Below, one piece after another: positions 1 to 64,000 of a DNA stretch of 64,000 nucleotides. Source of the DNA: Octopus sinensis (taxonomy: Eukaryota); contig NC_043018.1 of the NCBI RefSeq assembly GCF_006345805.1, positions 26,474,001 to 26,538,000 of the forward strand, given 5' to 3'. Positions within the stretch are counted from its first letter, which is position 1. Every line of letters starts with the position of its first letter. The position numbers and the translations under genes are program-made. Below the pieces are notes generated by a model. It searched no databases, was not told the DNA's origin, and saw nothing but the letters and a program-made list of their open reading frames with translations.

Positions 1-110
1 TTTTGTATGATTTGTGCATTTATTACTTAACTCTTTTGAAATCTGACATGGATATCATTGTCAAAAAGACATGGATATCATTGTCATTATTATCATTATT
101 ATCATTATTA

Positions 111-146
<36 letters not shown>

Positions 147-618
147 GTTAAGTCTGCAAGTTGGCAGAATCATTACTACACTGGACGGAATGCTTAGTGG
201 TATTTTGCCCATCGCTGCATTCTGAGTTCAAATCCGGCAAGGTTGACTTTGCCTTTCATCATTTTTGGGGGTTGATAAATTAAGTACCAGTGAAATACTG
301 GGGTTGATGTAATTGACTTAGCCCCTCCCCCAAAATTGCTGGCCTTGTGACAAATTTTGAAACCATTATTATTGAGGCGGCAAGCTGGTACAACCATTAG
401 CACGCTGGGCAAAGTGCTTAGCAGTATTTCGTCCACTGCGGTGTTATGAGTTCTGCCAAATTCTGTCAAAGTTGACTCTGATTTCATCCTTTCAGGGTCA
501 ATGAATTAAGTACCAGTTGTGTACTGGGGTCTATGTAATCAACTATTCTCCCCACCACCACATTTCAGGTCTTGTGCCTTTAATAGAAAGGATTATTATT
601 ATTATTATTATTATTGTA

Positions 619-663
<45 letters not shown>

Positions 664-1217
664 GAGAGAGCAGTGCATGCCATCGAAGTGACACTGGGGT
701 AAAATATATGAAGCCCAGTAAACCCATCATGACTACCCGTCTGATAAGGGTACACCAGGTACATGCATTACAACCATATGTGCACGACATAGTGATCTCA
801 TATCAAGATAAACAGTGCGTGACCTTGCAGGTGGGGCCCACTTAAAATTTTTTCCGTTCAAGTAGCCCATCTCACTCAAAAGGTCCCTGAATAAGGGTTG
901 GTTAAGGATGTTGAATGAAACACACGTTTCCATAGGTGAATTATCCAAACCCCAAAGAATTCCTCTCAACACATGGCTATGATGCTTCCCCACTACTTCT
1001 GCTCATGATCAGAGATGCACATATCATCAGCCACTAAGGGACATGCTCAACCGGTTAAGGTCATACAACTGACAAGAAATCTGTGATATTGAGCAAAATA
1101 TTTGCTGTAGCCCATCTTTTATACCAAGACAAAACAATGTACATGATAACACTTCCAATCAGTTAAGATCAGAAGCCATGAGAGCCACTGCCTGGTACTG
1201 TTATTTGACATTTATCA

Positions 1218-1252
<35 letters not shown>

Positions 1253-1259
1253 TATTATT

Positions 1260-1294
<35 letters not shown>

Positions 1295-1307
1295 TATTAT
1301 TATTATT

Positions 1308-1724
1308 CTCTCTTTTACTCTTTTACTTGTTTCAGTCATTTGACTGCGGCCATGCTGGAGCACCGCCTTTAGTCGAGCAAATCAACCCCGGGACTTATTC
1401 TTTGTAAGCCCAGTACTTATTCTATCGGTCTCTTTTGCCGAACCGCTAAGTGACAGGGACGTAAACACACCAGCATCGGTTGTCAAGCAATGCTAGGGGG
1501 ACAAACACAGACACAGACACACAAACATATACACACACACTTATATATATATATACATATATACGACAGGCTTCTTTCAGTTTCCGTCTACCAAATCCAC
1601 TCACAAGGCATTGGTCGGCCCGGAGCTATAGCAGAAGACACTTGCCCAAGATGCCACGCAGTGTGACTGAACCCGGAACCATGTGGTTGGTTAGCAAGCT
1701 ACTTACCACACAGCCACTCCTGCG
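1308..1724 (-). mobile_element. SINE family A (about 400 bp, internal microsatellite, stem-loop plus gtaaaaga tail), representative copy
   Basis: Same consensus recurs at 12678-13094 (-), 22315-22740, 26190-26580, 36154-36558, 41360-41760, 45385-45765, 58430-58820, 59270-59680 (+), plus many fragments. Confidence 0.9.
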
Positions 1725-3010
1725 ACAACTAAACTAATTATCATCATTATTATTATTATTATTATCATTATTATTATTATTTTTTATTTTTATTATTATT
1801 AAGCTTATTATTACTATACTACTACTACTACTACTACTACATATTTTATGGATTTCTTCTTCACTTCAATTTGTGTGTGTGTAAAGGTGTAATTATTCAA
1901 TTCACACTTATTTCTTCATGTGTGAAAATCTTTTGGCACATTCCTGCCATGAATTTTTTTTTCTTCTACATTCCAAGAAATAAACAGAAATGGAAGGTAA
2001 CAACTTTTGTACTTGTTGACCTTTGCTTGGAAACGGGTGAGAGGGTTGGTGACAGGAAGAGCATCTGATGGAAGAAAATCTGTTTCTGTCGGACTCATCC
2101 ACGCAGTTTGCCTAAGATCTATCTACAGTGTGCTTGTGTTTTTAAAACAGTGATTGTGTGTCGTTCAGTGAAATAGAAAAAAAGAAGTAAAGAAATAGAT
2201 ATGCCTGTTATTTCTAGCAAGTCAAGCGACCACATAGAGACTCCCTCGTGATCTCATAAGTCCTTATTTACTATTTATTGGTGGAAGGGCCAATCATTTC
2301 TGTGATAAGCCAACCAATATATCTTCTTTGGCCCTTCCTTTGCATTGTAACCATTCCCACCACCGCACCACTGCACCGCCCCTCTCCGGGCACACATAGA
2401 CACGTAGATACCTCCTTTCAGTATTATTAACTTTTGAATATTTAAACACAACAGAAGCATCCTATTCTTTTTACCCACCAACGAGACAACTAAACTAATA
2501 ATACAAATTCCAGCTATTAACAATACAGTTGTTGGAGCAAACATAATTTCTGTCAATGCACAACGCTAATTATTTAATGTTGACTTGTTATATTGTGTTA
2601 CATTCTATTATGTTATGTTACAATGTATCGACGTTGTTACAAATGCTACAGAAATGCTTGCAAATTAGCCTTTCCTTCTTCTCTAATATCGACCATCCTA
2701 ATGTATTTATTTTTATATATATTTCCTTATTGCCCAGAAGGGGCTAAACATAGAGGGGACAAACAAGGACAGACGAAGGGATTGAGTCGATTATATCGAC
2801 CCCAGTGCGAAACTGGTACTTTATTTATCGATCCCGAAAGGATGAAAGGCAAAGTTGACCTCGGTGGAATTTGAACTCAGAACATAACGACAGACAAAAT
2901 ACCGCTAGGCACTTCGCCCGGTGCGCTAACGTGTCTGCCAGCTCACCACCTTGTATTATATCCTAATGTATTATATCCTTCCTTTATTATTATTTTCCTT
3001 TCTCTTTCAG

Positions 3011-61082
<58,072 letters not shown>

Positions 61083-62092
61083 GTAAACTTATTGTTTCAT
61101 TTATTCTTTTTTGCAAAATTTTTGATGCTGTTTACTTTAAAATATCTGCAGAGGAGAAAGAAAAACCATTTGTATCACGTAGAACATGCTTGTTATGTCT
61201 TGATAAATTGTAGTATTTCTAGCCATTTTTTATCAACACAAATTTAAAGAATATATATTTGTCTCATTTTGTTTTTGTCGCATCTCTTTCTCATCTTATT
61301 GAGTTTATTTAATTGTATACTCTCTTTTCACAGATTTTTTTGGTTTTATTATTAACACTTTTGATATAAAAAAAAAACTGTGTATGTGTGTTTATGTATA
61401 TATCATTGTGGAAAAAGAGATGCCTGGCTTGAAAAATTAGGTAAGGGTTAGCATCCAGCTGTAAAGAAGCATCGCCCCAATTATACATTCATCTAACCCA
61501 TGCTATCATGGAGAAAAGGATGTAAAAACAAGCTAACATGTATATGCTGTTCTAATACTGAAGTCACATGTAAAATGCACCCAGCATGCTTTGTTAAGTG
61601 GTTGGTGTGTTTTTCTCCCCGTAACTTAGTGGTTTGGCCAAAGAGACCGATAGAGTAAGTACCAGGCTTAAAAAAAAGAATAAGTACCAGCGCCAATTCA
61701 CTCAACTAGAATCCTTTGAGGTGTTGCCCCAGCATGGCCACGGTCTAGTGACTGAAACAAATAAAAGGTCTCATGTCATGAAAATTTGGTAAAGCTTTTT
61801 CATCTCATTGGTAAAACTAAAAACAAATCCAATACGAATGTCCATTTGAAGAACCAATTTCAATTGTTTTAATAAGTTACTGACTAAGCTCCATACTCAA
61901 ACCTTTATACAATTGCTCTGTTTTGATATATCTCGCTCCCCACCACCACCATAACCACTATACAAAAATTATTCATGGCAACTTAAAATATCCATTGTCC
62001 AGTTTCCATCTTACATTTTTTAAATTCTTGTGAGAGGGAATCATCCTTTTATACAAAAATGCTAATATATTTCTGTGAAATTCATAACTTAA

Positions 62093-62345
62093 CTGAGAGA
62101 CCTGCTTGGGGTGGATGCAGATGGCTTCAAAATAAAGCTGGACCTCTTCCTGTCAGGTGTCCCGGATGAACCAACTTCACAGCAGGAGGTGCAGATGAGG
62201 GCAGCTGCATCAAACTCTCTCATGCACCAAATGTCAAATTGCTAAAAAGCATTCGTGAAGTAAAATCATGTAGCAACACTGAATGGATGTGCCCCAGCAT
62301 GGCCACAGCTCGTGAGCTGAAACTAGATGAAATGAAAAAAAAAAT
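62093..62345 (+). mobile_element. 3' end of a LINE (CR1/L2/Jockey-group-like ORF2 C-terminus plus 3' stem-loop tail)
   Basis: LRDLLGVDADGFKIKLDLFLSGVPDEPT...MRAAASNSLMHQMSNC*, then gtgccccagcatggccacagctcgtgagctgaaac and an A-rich tail. Confidence 0.7.
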
Positions 62346-63090
62346 GAAAAAATAACATTTGATGAATTCATCTATGCCTTCAGTTATATTTCTTCCTGTT
62401 ATATTTCTTAGAATTTTGAGGTTCTTTTTCTGGGAAGATTTTTTTTAAGGCTGCAGTATAAATATATGCATATAACTATATGGCTTAGTGGTTGAGACGG
62501 TGCACTCAATACTGATTGTGAGATCATGGTTTCAATACCCAGCCCAGGCATTGTGTAGTGTTCTTGAGCAAAACACTCCATTTCACACTGCACTGCAATC
62601 ATTTCATCATCTGACACGTGGCGCGTCATGTACCTGCACAGGTAATGTGGATTTGATGGAGGAAATGAGCTCATGTGAACACGAAGATTTGATCACAATA
62701 AACAAATCATCTGTGGGGTTGTTCAGCTAGGAATTCCAGAACTCCCATGTGTTGTCCAACAACAGGAGAGTCCATTATATATATACATATGTATAATTAT
62801 AATTTTTTCTCTGTCTGAAAATTTTCTAATAGGAAATTCCTTACATATTTATCTAACATGTAAATCTTCATACTTCCTATTAGCAAATGAAACAAGTATA
62901 ATGATGAATAAATAGGACCCAAAAATTTCCATTTTTTGTTGTGTTGTACAATAACTCTGCCAAATATTTCAGTAATTCTCAATTTTAATATGTTTTTTGA
63001 CTAACATACAGCAGCAACTGTGACCACATATTGGATAGTGATAATGAAATAAGCAGATATGCTTGAAGAGGAAACAGCTGAGATTTACCC

Positions 63091-63134
<44 letters not shown>

Positions 63135-63145
<11 letters not shown>

Positions 63146-63341
63146 GAGTGAAAAAACTACAGAAGGCTTGTTTTGTAAGGTTAAAGAATATATTTAAGTT
63201 GTTATGTTAGAAAAATGTTATAAAATTTGCGTATAGTAATATACAAAATTTTATAACATTTTTCTAACATAACAACTTAAATATATTATTTAACCTTATA
63301 AAACAAGCCTTCTGTAGTTTTTTCATTCCTTTATATTTTTT
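63135..63341. repeat. AT-rich foldback, about 100-bp arms, next to (TA)n
   Basis: actacagaaggcttgttttgtaaggttaa...tgttataaaattt / aaattttataaca...ttaaccttataaaacaagccttctgtagt. Confidence 0.88.
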
Positions 63342-63495
63342 ATACATCCAACCATGTGCTTTCACATACCAACTTTCTCACTTATATATATATATAATAT
63401 ATATATATAATCTATATAATTTATATATTGTTAATCTAAGATATAACTATGCCACTTCATACCTTGGTTCCAATATTCACGTTTTGCCAGTAAAT

Positions 63496-63689
63496 TATGA
63501 GGGAGCGCTGATAAGTTGCTGGTTTTGAGTAAAAAAAAATGCAGGAGGATCTCCCCTCTCAGATTCATGCACTTATTGCAGCAGTCCTTCAGATTTTCTA
63601 AGCCCTGTAAAAAATCTTGGAATTTTGGGCCTCTAACCAGGCCTTCCATGATACCCATAAAGCCAGGAACTTTTCAGCACCCCCTCATA
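63496..63689. mobile_element. Tc1/mariner-type MITE
   Basis: TA|tgagggagcgctgataagttgctgg ... ccaggaacttttcagcaccccctca|TA; related left-end fragments are duplicated at about 13635 and 13815. Confidence 0.7.
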
Positions 63690-64000
63690 TAAAGCAAGGT
63701 TTATTGATCAAATGTATGTATGTTTGTTTATATTCTGGATACGTGTGCATGTGTATGTGTGTGCCCATTGACATGTACCTGTATATGTCAGTATAATGTA
63801 GATGTATGGGCACAGCTCTGTGATTAACAAGTTTGTTTTCCAACCATATGATTTCAGGTTCAATCCCATTGCATGGCACCTTAGGCAAGACAGCCTAAGA
63901 TTTAAATAAGATTTATCTCTTATTGTAAATCTCATGTGTCTAAAATCATGATTAAGTTTTGTTTCCATTTAGTTTCTCTTTTTTTTTCATTTTTTTCTTC

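Overview
Eukaryotic, AT-rich, microsatellite-dense genomic DNA. The repeat landscape looks like a coleoid cephalopod, most likely Octopus (recognised from memory, not database-checked). The whole window lies inside one + strand gene, unc-13/Munc13. I traced 21 consecutive coding exons by hand (3011..61082, 2240 nt, all GT-AG, reading frame continuous). They encode the Ca2+-binding C2B domain and most of the MUN domain; the gene is partial at both ends. The introns are almost entirely mobile DNA: several tRNA-derived SINE families, an RTE LINE fragment with a target-site duplication (TSD), R4-like and Hero-like RLE retrotransposon 3' fragments, a decayed Penelope-like element (PLE), piggyBac-, hAT- and mariner-type MITEs, and tandem repeats. 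Nearly all other ORFs in the supplied track are microsatellite or repeat artefacts. The most striking unexplained layer is a set of at least eight sequence-diverse minimal type-I hammerhead ribozyme motifs, some intact and some relic. Three sit in near-perfect 81-142 bp foldback insertions next to (TA)n microsatellites, so the unc-13 pre-mRNA would carry a hammerhead and its own antisense copy in one hairpin. A second foldback family has 14-15 bp TSDs and shares a template-switch signature with the 10.2 kb hammerhead foldback. All structures were derived by eye; none were folded or searched computationally.
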